A DNA stretch of 64,000 nt from Candidatus Poribacteria bacterium. GTDB lineage: Bacteria; Poribacteria; WGA-4E; WGA-3G. The translations under genes and the position numbers were made by a program. Location: assembly GCA_963665235.2 (NCBI GenBank), contig CAXXLX010000001.1, forward strand, positions 3,488,001-3,552,000, given 5' to 3'. Below are positions 37,932-48,486 of the stretch, piece after piece. A model generated the notes under the pieces. The model had not been told where the DNA came from and did not search any database. It saw nothing but the letters and a program-made list of their open reading frames with translations. Each line of letters begins with the position of its first letter. The stretch's first letter is position 1.

Positions 37932-39167
37932 CTATTCCAGGTCTGTGCGCTTAATTACAACTATTGCGCGGTCATCGTTTAGCTGTGCTTTTCCGCTAAA
38001 TTCTATGAGTTCTGCTTCGAGATTATCACAGAAGGTTTCCGCTGGCCGCGTTAGATTTCTTAAGAGGCAGTCAATCAGGCGTTCTTCACCGTAGAAGTCT
38101 CCGGGGGTTTGCCTCTCTGTTTCGGTCACGCCATCAGTATAAAGTAAAAGCATATCTCCTGGGGCGAGTTGAGAGGTTCCCGTAGAAAAGGTTGCGCTAT
38201 CAAACGCGCCTAGCAACATGCCCCCTATTTGAAGTAATTCGATCTGTGTAGTGTTTTCAGCGGTTGTAGTCTCTTCAGAATTCGCTGGTGTTTTTATGTA
38301 GTGAATCGGTGGACAGTGTCCCCCGTTAGCATAAGTAAACATTCCTGTATCTATTGACAGGATACCGTATACCATTGTAGCAAATTGTTCGGGGTCGGTG
38401 TTGTGGAAAAGTAGGGTGTTAATGCTTTTTAGGACTGTCGCGGGGCATTCAGTGTCCTCGTTGCTGAGTAGTCGGGAGGCTGTCTGTATCATGACCATCA
38501 AAAGGGCTGCAGGAATGCCGTGTCCCCTTACGTCTCCGAGTACAATGCCAAGTTGTGTGTCACTGAGGGGAATAAAATCGTAGAAATCGCCAGAGACGGC
38601 TGTTGAACTTCGGAATCTTGTTGCAAACTCGTACCCTGGGAGTCTCGGCGAAGTTTCTGGTAGCAGTTTGCGTTGGATCGTTGCAGCCGCTTGGAGGTCT
38701 GACCCCAGTTCAGCGACCCCTTCTTCACTGAACCCGTCTCCCATGGCGTTGATTAGCGGGTTAATGTATTTCACTATCCGGGTACGGCCGAGGACTGCGT
38801 TAATTCTCGCTGTCACCTCTCTTAAGTCAAAAGGTTTGGTAATATAATCGTCCCCGCCACTTGCTAATCCGTGGAGTTTGTCCTCTGTCTGTGAACGTGC
38901 TGTTAGCCATAGTACCGGAATCGCCTGCGTTTCGGTGTCCGCCTTCAGATGCTTGATGACCTCTAAACCGTCCATGTGTGGCATCATGACATCAAGTAGA
39001 ATCAGGTCAGGTTGTTCTGCATTGGCGCGTTTAAGCCCGCTGAGTCCATCTTCAGCAGTGATTACATGGAATCCATCCGCTGTGAGGCTCATTTCAAGCA
39101 GTGCCAGGATATCAAGGTCATCATCAATGACTAAGATAGTTTCAGTTTCTGAAATAGTTTCATGCAT
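37932..39167 (-). CDS. response-regulator receiver fused to SpoIIE/PP2C phosphatase (RsbU/RsbY-like)
   Basis: REC (DLILLDVMMP, KPF) plus SGDFYD, GDVRGHG, YTDGVTE, DD. Confidence 0.93.
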   Translation of the reverse strand: MHETISETETILVIDDDLDILALLEMSLTADGFHVITAEDGLSGLKRANAEQPDLILLDVMMPHMDGLEVIKHLKADTETQAIPVLWLTARSQTEDKLHGLASGGDDYITKPFDLREVTARINAVLGRTRIVKYINPLINAMGDGFSEEGVAELGSDLQAAATIQRKLLPETSPRLPGYEFATRFRSSTAVSGDFYDFIPLSDTQLGIVLGDVRGHGIPAALLMVMIQTASRLLSNEDTECPATVLKSINTLLFHNTDPEQFATMVYGILSIDTGMFTYANGGHCPPIHYIKTPANSEETTTAENTTQIELLQIGGMLLGAFDSATFSTGTSQLAPGDMLLLYTDGVTETERQTPGDFYGEERLIDCLLRNLTRPAETFCDNLEAELIEFSGKAQLNDDRAIVVIKRTDLE

Positions 39168-39191
39168 ATCTTCTGTTCAACCTTTTCTCTG

Positions 39192-41702
39192 TTATTCGTC
39201 AGTCAAGTTATACGGGAGCCAGATTTGAAAGTTACACCCTTTCCCATTTTCACCAGCGTCGACCCATATTTTTCCGTGATGTGCCTCAACAAATCCCCTG
39301 GCAATTGAGAGTCCCAATCCGGTGCCCCCTTGTTGCCGAGTTTGCACATTACTGAGCTGCTTAAATTTGTCAAAGACCATCTCACGTTCTTGGATGGGAA
39401 TACCGGGTCCCGTGTCGATCACTTCGGTATAGATGCCCTCCGCTCCGTTCATCGTGTCAGCCGGTGTATCGCCTATCGGCCAACGCCTCCTAGACAGTCG
39501 GACAATGACTTCCCCGTTAGGCGGGGTGAATTTGATAGCATTTCCGAGCAGGTTCGTAAAAACCTGCCCAAGATGTTCTGCATCTCCCGTGAGAGATGGT
39601 AAATCGGTTTGAACGTCCAGTACTAATTTAATCTCTTTTTCATCGGCAGGTGGCCGGAGTTCCTCTAAGCGTTGTTGCGCGATGTCAACAAGATTTACCT
39701 GTTGTAGTTTCATCTGAATGCGTCCGGCTTCAATACGGGAAACGTCAAGCAGGTCATTAATCAGTTCAGCGAGCCGTTGAGACTGCCGGTGTGCACGTGT
39801 CAGGCTTTTTTGCTGTCCATCGTTAAGTGGGCCGGTTTTGCCTTCAAGTACTAACGAGATAAACCCGATGATTGATGTCAACGGTGTGCGCAATTCGTGG
39901 GAAACGAGTGAGACAAAGTCCGATTTCATTCTGTCTATTTCATGTTCGCGCGTTATATCGTCAAAAACGTAGACCGTGCCCCCTATGTGTTCATCGGTTT
40001 CTGATGCGGTATTACCCTTTACCGAGGAAAATTGACTTGCTACAACCCGAAGGACGCGGTTAGCTCCATCTTGGTCAAAATTGAGTTCAACGGTAACGCG
40101 TGCGTCTTTTCCTTGTGCGTCCGCTAAAACGGTCAGGTTTGTAGCACTCACCAACTCCGTAAAACGGGTTGGAAACGGTGACGTTGGGCTGTAGTTAAGC
40201 AGCCGTTTCGCGACAGGGTTGACATAAAGCAGGTTATCGTGAGTGTCAACGACAATCAGTCCTTCGCCAAGGTTGTCAACGATAGCTGTCATCTGTTGTT
40301 CCGCGTCGATGAGTTTTTCTACAGCGGTTTTCAGATTTTGCTGCATGTCGTTGAACTCTTGTGCCAGCATTCCGACTTCGTTTTTGCTGTTGACAGCAAT
40401 CTGCCCTCCGAATTTTTCGTCCACGGCCCTGTTTCGGAGAGATCGCATGTCCACTTTCTGGCTGCTTCCTGCTTCGGAATCAACCTGAATAACCTCTTTC
40501 GCTTCTCTCCCGATACGTTTGGCTGCATGTGTGAGTTGCATAATCGGCTGTGTAATTCGCTGGGCAACTATGTAGGCGAACGGCACAACGATAATACATG
40601 AAATAATGGTAACCCAAATAACGAACTGATTCAGTTTTGCGACCCCGGCGTACACCTGAGCGGTTGGGTACGCGATGAGAGCTATCCAATTGCTGAAGTT
40701 CTGTTCTGCTTTCCAAGGTTTAGGACGTTTGGTGCGTGCCCATCCATACACCCAGGTTGCCTCTCGGATACCGGTTTCGCCATGCGATTCATAACCGTGA
40801 TATTTTCCGGTTCGTCCGCGTTTTGCTTCAACAATTGCCGACATGGCAGCATTGCTCTTGACAATATCGTCGCCGATGCTATATCCACTTTTTGGCGATG
40901 CAGCTATGATTTTCCCTGAACCGCTCATTAAAACGATGCGGATATCAGATACGTCGGGTACCACTAAATCTGAAAGTTCCGGCAGATATACAACTGTCCT
41001 CAGGACACCGATAGCCTTTCGAGGCGATTCTATATCAAAAATCGGAATTGCAACCGGCAATAGGTGCCGCCTCCGTTTGGGATCGTACCGGATATCTTCA
41101 AGAACATCATACCCGAGCCCGCTGTTATATGCGTTTTGCCACCATGCCCTCTGCTTAACATTGTGTGGTCTAGCATTGTACGTATTGTAATCCAGTGCAA
41201 AAATATTTGAGCGAAGCACCTCCCCTTTCGCATTGGCAATTGTCACAACTCCTGCATACCTCTCAATCGCTCTGATGCTCGCTGCGAGGTCTCCCCAAAC
41301 CTGCATAAAAACAACTTTGCTGTTCTCAGCACTATGGGAACGTGCGACAGCGTAGCGGAGTCCGGGTACGTTGAGTTCAGTGCGAATTTGTGCTAATTTT
41401 CTCTCAATTGCCATGTCCGCGAGGTGCACTTTATCCTTTGCGGCGAGTACCCAGCTTTCAGCGATACTGTCTTTCAGGACGTTCTCGCTCAAGGTTTTCA
41501 GTATCATGGAGATGACAAATAATGGCACGAGCGAAACGGCCAGGAAGATAAGCACGTGTTGTGCCCGTAGACCCAATCTCATCCGAAATTTCGGGGTAGA
41601 TTTCTCGTCACGTTCGTTCTGTGCAGGCGCGGTTTGTTTGCGCGGGTCATCAGAATCATTTTGAATCTCTTGCTGAGAGGGGTTAGCTCTGTCAGGATGC
41701 AT
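39192..41702 (-). CDS. sensor histidine kinase (Cache-like, HAMP, PAS, HisKA, HATPase)
   Basis: Two TMs; VSHELRTPL, NLLGNAIKF, DTGPGI, GTGLGL. Confidence 0.95.
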   Translation of the reverse strand: MHPDRANPSQQEIQNDSDDPRKQTAPAQNERDEKSTPKFRMRLGLRAQHVLIFLAVSLVPLFVISMILKTLSENVLKDSIAESWVLAAKDKVHLADMAIERKLAQIRTELNVPGLRYAVARSHSAENSKVVFMQVWGDLAASIRAIERYAGVVTIANAKGEVLRSNIFALDYNTYNARPHNVKQRAWWQNAYNSGLGYDVLEDIRYDPKRRRHLLPVAIPIFDIESPRKAIGVLRTVVYLPELSDLVVPDVSDIRIVLMSGSGKIIAASPKSGYSIGDDIVKSNAAMSAIVEAKRGRTGKYHGYESHGETGIREATWVYGWARTKRPKPWKAEQNFSNWIALIAYPTAQVYAGVAKLNQFVIWVTIISCIIVVPFAYIVAQRITQPIMQLTHAAKRIGREAKEVIQVDSEAGSSQKVDMRSLRNRAVDEKFGGQIAVNSKNEVGMLAQEFNDMQQNLKTAVEKLIDAEQQMTAIVDNLGEGLIVVDTHDNLLYVNPVAKRLLNYSPTSPFPTRFTELVSATNLTVLADAQGKDARVTVELNFDQDGANRVLRVVASQFSSVKGNTASETDEHIGGTVYVFDDITREHEIDRMKSDFVSLVSHELRTPLTSIIGFISLVLEGKTGPLNDGQQKSLTRAHRQSQRLAELINDLLDVSRIEAGRIQMKLQQVNLVDIAQQRLEELRPPADEKEIKLVLDVQTDLPSLTGDAEHLGQVFTNLLGNAIKFTPPNGEVIVRLSRRRWPIGDTPADTMNGAEGIYTEVIDTGPGIPIQEREMVFDKFKQLSNVQTRQQGGTGLGLSIARGFVEAHHGKIWVDAGENGKGCNFQIWLPYNLTDE

Positions 41703-41710
41703 CGCTTTTC

Positions 41711-42043
41711 CTAAAAGGCGTTTTGCGCATCCTCTTCGGTATCATATACCTCTAGAATTGTTGCAAGACGCGTAACTTCCAGTATGTTGCTGACCGCTTC
41801 TTGCGGGTTCAGCAAAACCAATTTCCCATCCGATTCTTGCAAAATTTGCATAGTTAGAATAATAACACCGAGTGCAGTACTGTCAACTAGCGGAACCCTC
41901 TTTAAATCGATAATGAGTTTGTGATTCCCATTTTGCAGTTGCTGTTCCATTTCCTCTCGGAACTGTGTCACGGTGTTTCCTATAATCTTTCCTTGCACGC
42001 GAACAATGGCGGTGTTTCGGGCACCTGGGGTAATATCAAACAT
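41711..42043 (-). CDS. STAS-domain anti-sigma-factor antagonist
   Basis: VDSTALG motif; 110 aa. Confidence 0.88.
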   Translation of the reverse strand: MFDITPGARNTAIVRVQGKIIGNTVTQFREEMEQQLQNGNHKLIIDLKRVPLVDSTALGVIILTMQILQESDGKLVLLNPQEAVSNILEVTRLATILEVYDTEEDAQNAF

Positions 42044-42120
42044 TTCATAAATCTCCTTAGCCGGGCGTATCGCGCGTTCAAACGGGTATCTGCAAGTAGC
42101 AGGTAAACGTCACCGCTCCT

Positions 42121-42819
42121 TTAATTTTCACTACTATCAACACGACTGATAACCACATAAGTGCGATTCAATTCGGGTATACGGCTGACATGCACCACAT
42201 CAATTTTGCCGCCGAGTTGATGAATTCTTTTCTCACTCTGGCGGATTTCAGCAGCGTTTTGACCAGATTTGTAGGCTATCCATCTTCCTGTGGTTTTAAG
42301 CAGTGGCAGACAATATGCTGCTGACTCTGCTAGAGAGGCAACGTAACGTGTTAATACCCAATCGTAAGTGTTCACAAATTCAGCAGCTTCCGCACAAGTT
42401 TCCGCGCGTACATCTAGCACTTCAACTGACCCAGCCAAACCGAGCTGATAAATCACATATTTGAGAAATGCTGCCTTTTTGTGAGAAGCCTCAACGAGGG
42501 TTAACCGGATATCTGGAATGTAAATTTTAAGCACAATCCCTGGAAACCCTGCTCCGGTTCCAATATCGACAACGGTTTGTCCTCCCTTCATATTGACGTG
42601 TTCCAGCACGCTGACCGAGTCAAGAAAATGTTTATAGCGTACCTCTGCCTCATTTCTAAGTGCCGTTAGGTTAATATGGGCATTCCATCGCTTCAATGCC
42701 GAAAAATACCGGGTTAACTGTTCAACCTGTTGTGGTGTAAGCGGAAATCCGTACCGGTCGAAGTCCGCTTTAAGTTGATGCTGGAATTGCGTCTCCATGT
42801 TTTTTTGTAATAACGGCAT
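42121..42819 (-). CDS. rsmG: 16S rRNA m7G527 methyltransferase
   Basis: NLTA, HFLDS, DIGTGAGFPG; follows mnmG. Confidence 0.95.
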   Translation of the reverse strand: MPLLQKNMETQFQHQLKADFDRYGFPLTPQQVEQLTRYFSALKRWNAHINLTALRNEAEVRYKHFLDSVSVLEHVNMKGGQTVVDIGTGAGFPGIVLKIYIPDIRLTLVEASHKKAAFLKYVIYQLGLAGSVEVLDVRAETCAEAAEFVNTYDWVLTRYVASLAESAAYCLPLLKTTGRWIAYKSGQNAAEIRQSEKRIHQLGGKIDVVHVSRIPELNRTYVVISRVDSSEN

Positions 42820-43099
42820 ACAAAGAATGCCTATTAGGTGGTCCCATGGTTTGTATCTATGTTATTAGACTTCACATTTTTATAATAACATAATTCTATT
42901 TCTAAAGTCAACTTTTTTTAGATTTATTATGATGGACTGTGGGGATTCAGGTTTGCGCGGTGAGCTGTTGGGAAAAATGTAGCGGATTGTAACACTTTTT
43001 AATGATGTGAGTTCAATGGACAAACCTATAAGCGTTAATCCCCTTTGACAAAATATTTACACACGCCTTCTGTGTCGAAAATACCAAGAAAACGTTGGA

Positions 43100-44977
43100 C
43101 TATCGGTTTTGCTGATGCAGCATGACCATCAAGATTGAAACGTCCGCTGGGGATACCCCAGGCAGACGGGACGCTTGACCGATAGACGTAGGCCGAATCT
43201 TTGCAAGCTTCTCGCGTGCCTCCGTTTTTAAACCGCGCACCTCCGTGTAATTAAAGGTATCAGGGATACGAAGGTGCTCTAATTTTTTGAACTGATGAAT
43301 CTGCTGTTGTTGCCGTTGGATATAACCATCATATTTAATCTGAATTTCAACCTGTTCTGTAACGGCTGAATCGAGTGTCCCCGGGGGCGGCACTAGCCGT
43401 GCTATGTCTGCATAGCGGAGTTCTGGACGTTTGAGCAGGTCTGCCAATAGGGTCGGTTGCTTGAGCTCCCCGGTTTTGGCGATATTTGCTAATTTTTCAA
43501 TAGTTGCCGCGTTCGGGGTGAGTCGTGTTTCTGATAGCCGCTTCAGTTCTGTTTCGATAGCACTCGCTTTGCGCTGAAATCTACTGTAGGTGTCATCATC
43601 AACGAGCCCAATTTGTCTGCCGATTTCAGTAAGCCGCAGGTCAGCGTTGTCCTCGCGTAATGTCAATCTATATTCCGCGCGAGATGTGAACATTCGGTAA
43701 GGTTCACGAATATCTAAGGTCACCAAATCGTCAATGAGAACAGCTATGTATGCCTGTGCTCTGTCAAGGATAAGAGGCTCTTTGCCTTTCACTTTCAAGG
43801 CGGCATTGATGCCAGCCATTAATCCTTGCGCGGCGGCTTCCTCATAACCGGTTGTGCCGTTGAGCTGACCGGCAAAATAGAGTCCAGGCACCTGTTTTGT
43901 TTCCAATGTCGGTTGCAGTTGCGTAGCAGGGGCAAAGTCATATTCGACAGCGTAACCGAAACGCATAATCTCGGCATTCTCTAATCCTTTGATGCTATGC
44001 ACCATCTCCACTTGTACATCTTCGGGCAAACTTGCAGAAATGCCGTTAAGGTAAATCTCGTCTGTATCCAACCCCTCCGGTTCGACAAAAACCTGATGTT
44101 CCGTTTTTTCAGCAAACCGCACCACTTTATCCTCAATAGAGGGACAATAGCGGGGACCGATACCGACGATGCGTCCGCTATACATTGCTGAACGGTGCAG
44201 GTTTTGACGAATAACCTCGTGTGTTTTTTCATTGGTATAGGTGAGATAGCACGGCACTTGCGGTTGTGTAATTCGCTCTGTTGAAAACGAGAACGGCATC
44301 GGCTCTTCATCGCCCGGTTGCATCTCCATCTGACTAACGTCGATAGAGTGTGCATTCACACGCGGGGGGGTGCCTGTTTTAAGTCTGCCGATTTCAAAAC
44401 CGAGGTTCAGAAAACTTTCAGAGAGTTTTTCGGCAGAAGATTCACCTGCCCTGCCAGCACTATACGACACATCTCCGATATGAATTAGGCCTCTTAAGAA
44501 GGTCCCTGTCGTTAGAATTACGGCATCTCCGTAATAAGCGGTTTGGGTTTGGCTTTTAATTCCGATGCACCGCCCATCTTCGACGAGCAATTCTTCCACT
44601 AACACCTGTTTGGTGTCGAGGCGTTCCTGTTTTTCCAGTACACACTTCATTTCATCCTGATACGCCTTTTTGTCCGCCTGCGCGCGGCTGGAACGCACCG
44701 CCGGTCCCTTTTTGGTGTTCAAACGGCGGAATTGGATGCCGGTTTTGTCAATGTTCTTCGCCATCTCCCCGCCCAGAGCGTCTATCTCTTTTACAAGATG
44801 CCCCTTGGCAAGTCCCCCGATAGCAGGATTGCAAGACATCTTGCCAATCGTATCCAGATTGATGGTTACGATGAGCACTTCGCAGCCCATGCGCGCGGCA
44901 GCAAGTGCTGCTTCGCAGCCTGCATGTCCCGCGCCGACAACGATAACATCGTAATGTTTGTGATAGGTGTTCATCAT
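43100..44977 (-). CDS. mnmG: tRNA uridine-5-carboxymethylaminomethyl(34) synthesis enzyme
   Basis: GAGHAGCEAA, MSCNPAIGG, GPRYCPSIEDK, GTTGYEEAAAQG. Confidence 0.99.
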   Translation of the reverse strand: MMNTYHKHYDVIVVGAGHAGCEAALAAARMGCEVLIVTINLDTIGKMSCNPAIGGLAKGHLVKEIDALGGEMAKNIDKTGIQFRRLNTKKGPAVRSSRAQADKKAYQDEMKCVLEKQERLDTKQVLVEELLVEDGRCIGIKSQTQTAYYGDAVILTTGTFLRGLIHIGDVSYSAGRAGESSAEKLSESFLNLGFEIGRLKTGTPPRVNAHSIDVSQMEMQPGDEEPMPFSFSTERITQPQVPCYLTYTNEKTHEVIRQNLHRSAMYSGRIVGIGPRYCPSIEDKVVRFAEKTEHQVFVEPEGLDTDEIYLNGISASLPEDVQVEMVHSIKGLENAEIMRFGYAVEYDFAPATQLQPTLETKQVPGLYFAGQLNGTTGYEEAAAQGLMAGINAALKVKGKEPLILDRAQAYIAVLIDDLVTLDIREPYRMFTSRAEYRLTLREDNADLRLTEIGRQIGLVDDDTYSRFQRKASAIETELKRLSETRLTPNAATIEKLANIAKTGELKQPTLLADLLKRPELRYADIARLVPPPGTLDSAVTEQVEIQIKYDGYIQRQQQQIHQFKKLEHLRIPDTFNYTEVRGLKTEAREKLAKIRPTSIGQASRLPGVSPADVSILMVMLHQQNR

Positions 44978-45051
44978 CTTTTTCCGTTGTGTAGGATTTA
45001 CTAAAGTTTGGGCAATTTTAGAGTTTGCATTTGCCGTCGGTTTCCAGATGC

Positions 45052-45954
45052 CTATTGCCTGCTATTTCCGTTGAGATCAATATCCTCGAAGGTTTTAGCG
45101 TTGAGTATCTGATCGAAGAGTGTATCAAGTTGTGAGAATTCCGTGATTCCCCGGATTTCCTCTACAACGGTATCAGAGATTTCAGGGAATTGGTGCGTTA
45201 GCAACTTGATAACATACTCTTGTTTAGTGCGGAATTCACCTTGTTCGAGACCGCGCTCATAACCTTGTTCATCACCGCGTTTCATGACCTGTTCGTAAAA
45301 AGGAGATTCTTGCATGATTGCCTCCAATCTAGGTTTTTGAAAAAGTTCGTTTGGATGGACTAAACTCCCGAAAACCGAGAGCGCAAATAGAAGGTTCGCC
45401 CGCATTTCTCGGCTGACATCTGCTGCTTGGGTCGTCTCTATACACTTCTCAACCCAGGCTTCAGGGGTCATATCCGCTGGCGGTTCCATCAAAGCCGTGA
45501 AAGGGAGCAAGCCTACAGCTGCAGGGTCTAAAAACGCTTCCCCCGGCAACTCATAAACACGGATGACGTTATACTGGAAGTACCCACCGCCCCGCTGTTC
45601 GTTTCCATACCTATAGACACCGGTGTCATTTTTCCCCGCAGGGGGACGGATATAGAACACCGTTGAATAGACGTTCTTGCCGTGTTCAAGGGCAAGGAGA
45701 CTTGAATATGCCAGCATCCGGAGGTGCATCGGTTTATGGGTGCTGTCGTCGGTTTGTGCCTCTATATGTAGGATAGCCTTCTCATCAGGCAGTTGGACGT
45801 GAAACGTCATATCGCTATGATGCACCCGAAGCGTGACGTGTGCGGTGTTCAGCTGCTCTAAAATTTTTACTTCTGATGTCCCGAGTGCTAACGCTGCTAA
45901 AGCATCCGGGAACCACTCCGTAATGCGTTTAAAGATTTTATCAAAAAATGCCAT
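45052..45954 (-). CDS. Rpn/YhgA-like PD-(D/E)XK protein with DUF4351-like C-terminus
   Basis: D...HIEAQ, RMLAY, MQESPFY...GxExG pattern. Confidence 0.8.
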   Translation of the reverse strand: MAFFDKIFKRITEWFPDALAALALGTSEVKILEQLNTAHVTLRVHHSDMTFHVQLPDEKAILHIEAQTDDSTHKPMHLRMLAYSSLLALEHGKNVYSTVFYIRPPAGKNDTGVYRYGNEQRGGGYFQYNVIRVYELPGEAFLDPAAVGLLPFTALMEPPADMTPEAWVEKCIETTQAADVSREMRANLLFALSVFGSLVHPNELFQKPRLEAIMQESPFYEQVMKRGDEQGYERGLEQGEFRTKQEYVIKLLTHQFPEISDTVVEEIRGITEFSQLDTLFDQILNAKTFEDIDLNGNSRQ

Positions 45955-45977
45955 AATGAATATTATACCTTATATTA

Positions 45978-46330
45978 ACCCAAGTTGCTACTTATAAGTT
46001 TTTAGACCTGGAAACACCGTCTTTAATGAAAATATGCTGATAATTAGCTAATATTTGTCCCGTTCACTTCCAATTCGCACACAAATATGCACAATCTGGA
46101 AGATTATGCTACTACAAATATGCACAATCTGGAAGATTATGCTACTACAAATATGCACAATCTGGAAGATTATGCTACTACAAATATGCACAATCTGGAA
46201 GATTATGCTACAAATACAAATATGCACAATCTGGAAGATTATGCTACTACAAATATGCACAATCTGGAAGATTATGCTACTACAAATATGCACGATCTGG
46301 AAGATTATGCTACTATGTGGCAACTTAGGT
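45978..46330. mobile_element. MITE family B with 7 tandem 33-nt REP units
   Basis: Same ends as 24075-24690; 7-bp TSD TATATTA. Confidence 0.9.
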
Positions 46331-46418
46331 TATATTATAGAGATATGTCAATATGTTTAATCTGACCCGTTAAGTTTTTATAGATATTTCCTAACTGCAA
46401 CTAACCCTATTGGCGAGC

Positions 46419-47360
46419 CTAAAGCCCCTCATAAATAATATTGAGAACGAGTGTGCCGACAATCTCTAAACTTTTCGGGCTGCATTTATCCACTGTGTCT
46501 TCAAGCGTGTGCCAGTGTGGATAATCGAAGTCAATGATATTGACCATCGGTATGCCTGCCCTGATTAACGGCACATGGTCATCCATCACTGCGGGCCCTA
46601 ATTTGCGTTGAAATGGAGCTAAACCGAGCTTCTCTGCACGTTGCCAGATTGCTGACGCAAGTTGACTGTTTGCCTGCCAAGAGAATTTTTCTATCGGTAT
46701 TTGTAAATCTTTATCACCTATCATGTCCAAAAGGATGCCGTAGTCCGGTCTCCATTTTCCCATGTTTTTCGCGAAATATCGAGAACCGAGGAACATTTGG
46801 TCGGTTGTTTTTCCGTAATCTTCACCGTCAAATAGGATAATAACAATTCTACGTGGCGGGGGTTTCTCTTTTAGCATTCGTGCGATTTCGAGTAAAACTG
46901 CTACCCCTGACGCGCCATCATTCGCGCCGAGGATGGGTTCGCGTTGCTTCTCAAGATTCGGGTCTCTATCTGCACAGGGGCGCGTGTCCCAATGTGCAGC
47001 GAGCAGCAGTGTCTCGCGATGGTCCCCGCCAAATTCCGCGATGATGTTGTTCATGTGCAACGTTATCCGTTGCGGCGGAACACTGTTGCTATCTACCTCC
47101 GATGTGTAGGGTTGAAGCACCACGGTATCAGCATATTTCTTGAGTTCCGTGAAAAGGTACGCTTGGGTTTTCTGGTGTGCGTCTGACCCCGGGGGGCGCG
47201 GGCCAAATTCACACTGCTTTTCCAAGAAAACAAACGCGCGTTGTCCATCGAAGCGAGGGTGTTCCCCCTCAATAGGCGCGCTATTTGATTCAACACATGT
47301 GGAGGCGATACCACAGTAACAGAGAATAGTAATGATGGCAGTAAATTGTATAAATTTCAT
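46419..47360 (-). CDS. M28-family peptidase (glutaminyl-cyclase-like), exported
   Basis: AHWDTR, GANDGASG, FDGED, LDMIG, DDH, WHT. Confidence 0.92.
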   Translation of the reverse strand: MKFIQFTAIITILCYCGIASTCVESNSAPIEGEHPRFDGQRAFVFLEKQCEFGPRPPGSDAHQKTQAYLFTELKKYADTVVLQPYTSEVDSNSVPPQRITLHMNNIIAEFGGDHRETLLLAAHWDTRPCADRDPNLEKQREPILGANDGASGVAVLLEIARMLKEKPPPRRIVIILFDGEDYGKTTDQMFLGSRYFAKNMGKWRPDYGILLDMIGDKDLQIPIEKFSWQANSQLASAIWQRAEKLGLAPFQRKLGPAVMDDHVPLIRAGIPMVNIIDFDYPHWHTLEDTVDKCSPKSLEIVGTLVLNIIYEGL

Positions 47361-47381
47361 CGGTCAACCCGGTCTAGGAAA

Positions 47382-47981
47382 TTAGACTGTGCGCCTCCCT
47401 TCCAATGCTTTCGCGAGCGTTACCTCGTCAATGTACTCCAAATCTCCCCCGACAGGGATACCGTGGGCGATTCGGGTGACGGTTACCTGAAACGGTTCCA
47501 ATTGTTGCGTAAGGTAGAGGGCTGTCGCTTGTCCCTCTGTGTTCCAATTCGTAGCAAGGATAATCTCTTTAACGGTGCCGTTGTGTACGCGCCCGAGGAG
47601 GGACTCCATTCTCAGGGAGTCCGGGCCGATACCGTCTAAAGGGGATAGAACGCCCCCGAGGACATGATAGAGTCCGTTATGACTTTCGGTGCGTTCGATT
47701 GCCCAGAGGTCATCGGATTCTTCGACGACACATATAACTTGTTGGTTCCGTCTTGGGTTTGAACAGATTTTACACGGATTGATGTCCGTGATAGTGCCAC
47801 ATATTTTGCAATCCGACAAGTTTTTTTTAACTTCCAAAATCGCTTCAGCGATTTGGGTGGTCTCATTCTCCGGGAGCTTTAGCATAAAAAATGCCAAACG
47901 TTGCGCGGTTTTTGGACCGACTGTCGGAAGTTTTTGGAGCTGTAGGATGAGCCGCTCCAACGGTTGCGGATAGCCTTGCAT
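47382..47981 (-). CDS. recR: recombination protein RecR
   Basis: HhH, C4 zinc finger, YHVLGG and TOPRIM motifs. Confidence 0.98.
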   Translation of the reverse strand: MQGYPQPLERLILQLQKLPTVGPKTAQRLAFFMLKLPENETTQIAEAILEVKKNLSDCKICGTITDINPCKICSNPRRNQQVICVVEESDDLWAIERTESHNGLYHVLGGVLSPLDGIGPDSLRMESLLGRVHNGTVKEIILATNWNTEGQATALYLTQQLEPFQVTVTRIAHGIPVGGDLEYIDEVTLAKALEGRRTV

Positions 47982-48129
47982 GTTTTCGCCAATTCTTTAG
48001 TTTGAAGGGTTGTCGGTTTATCTCAGATGCGTCCGTTGCTAAGTGCCAATGGAGCTGCTGAAGTCGGCACCGTGTCCGTTTAGAAATCGAACCTTGCGGT
48101 TCCAGTTCCGGCAGTTGAGATGTGAACCC

Positions 48130-48438
48130 TTACGGCAGTCCAGGAAGTTTGAGCCCACCGGTCAGTTTGCTCATCTCCTCAGACATCAATTCTTGGGATC
48201 GTTGCAACGCTTCATTGACAGCGGCGACGACTAAATCTTCAAGCATTTCGGTGTCGTCTGGGTCGACCACTTCTGGTGTAATACGAAGTGAGACAAGCTC
48301 TTGCTGCCCGTTGACGACTGCTGTGACCATCCCACCGCCGACGTTTGCCTCGATAGTCTGGTTAGCGAGTTCTTCTCGAATTTCAAGCATGCGCTTTTGC
48401 ATCTGCTGTGCCTGTTTCATCAAGTCATTCATTTTCAT
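48130..48438 (-). CDS. ybaB: YbaB/EbfC nucleoid-associated protein
   Basis: KQAQQMQ, GGGMV, LEDLVVAAVNEA; lies between dnaX and recR. Confidence 0.97.
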   Translation of the reverse strand: MKMNDLMKQAQQMQKRMLEIREELANQTIEANVGGGMVTAVVNGQQELVSLRITPEVVDPDDTEMLEDLVVAAVNEALQRSQELMSEEMSKLTGGLKLPGLP

Positions 48439-48486
48439 AATAATAAAATAGGTTCCGGTTCTGAAAAAAGGACCGGATGTTTCTCC

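Noticed and set aside
42820-43099. oriC near mnmG/gidA
   Set aside because: AT-rich, but I see no cluster of TTATCCACA-like DnaA boxes here or upstream of mnmG
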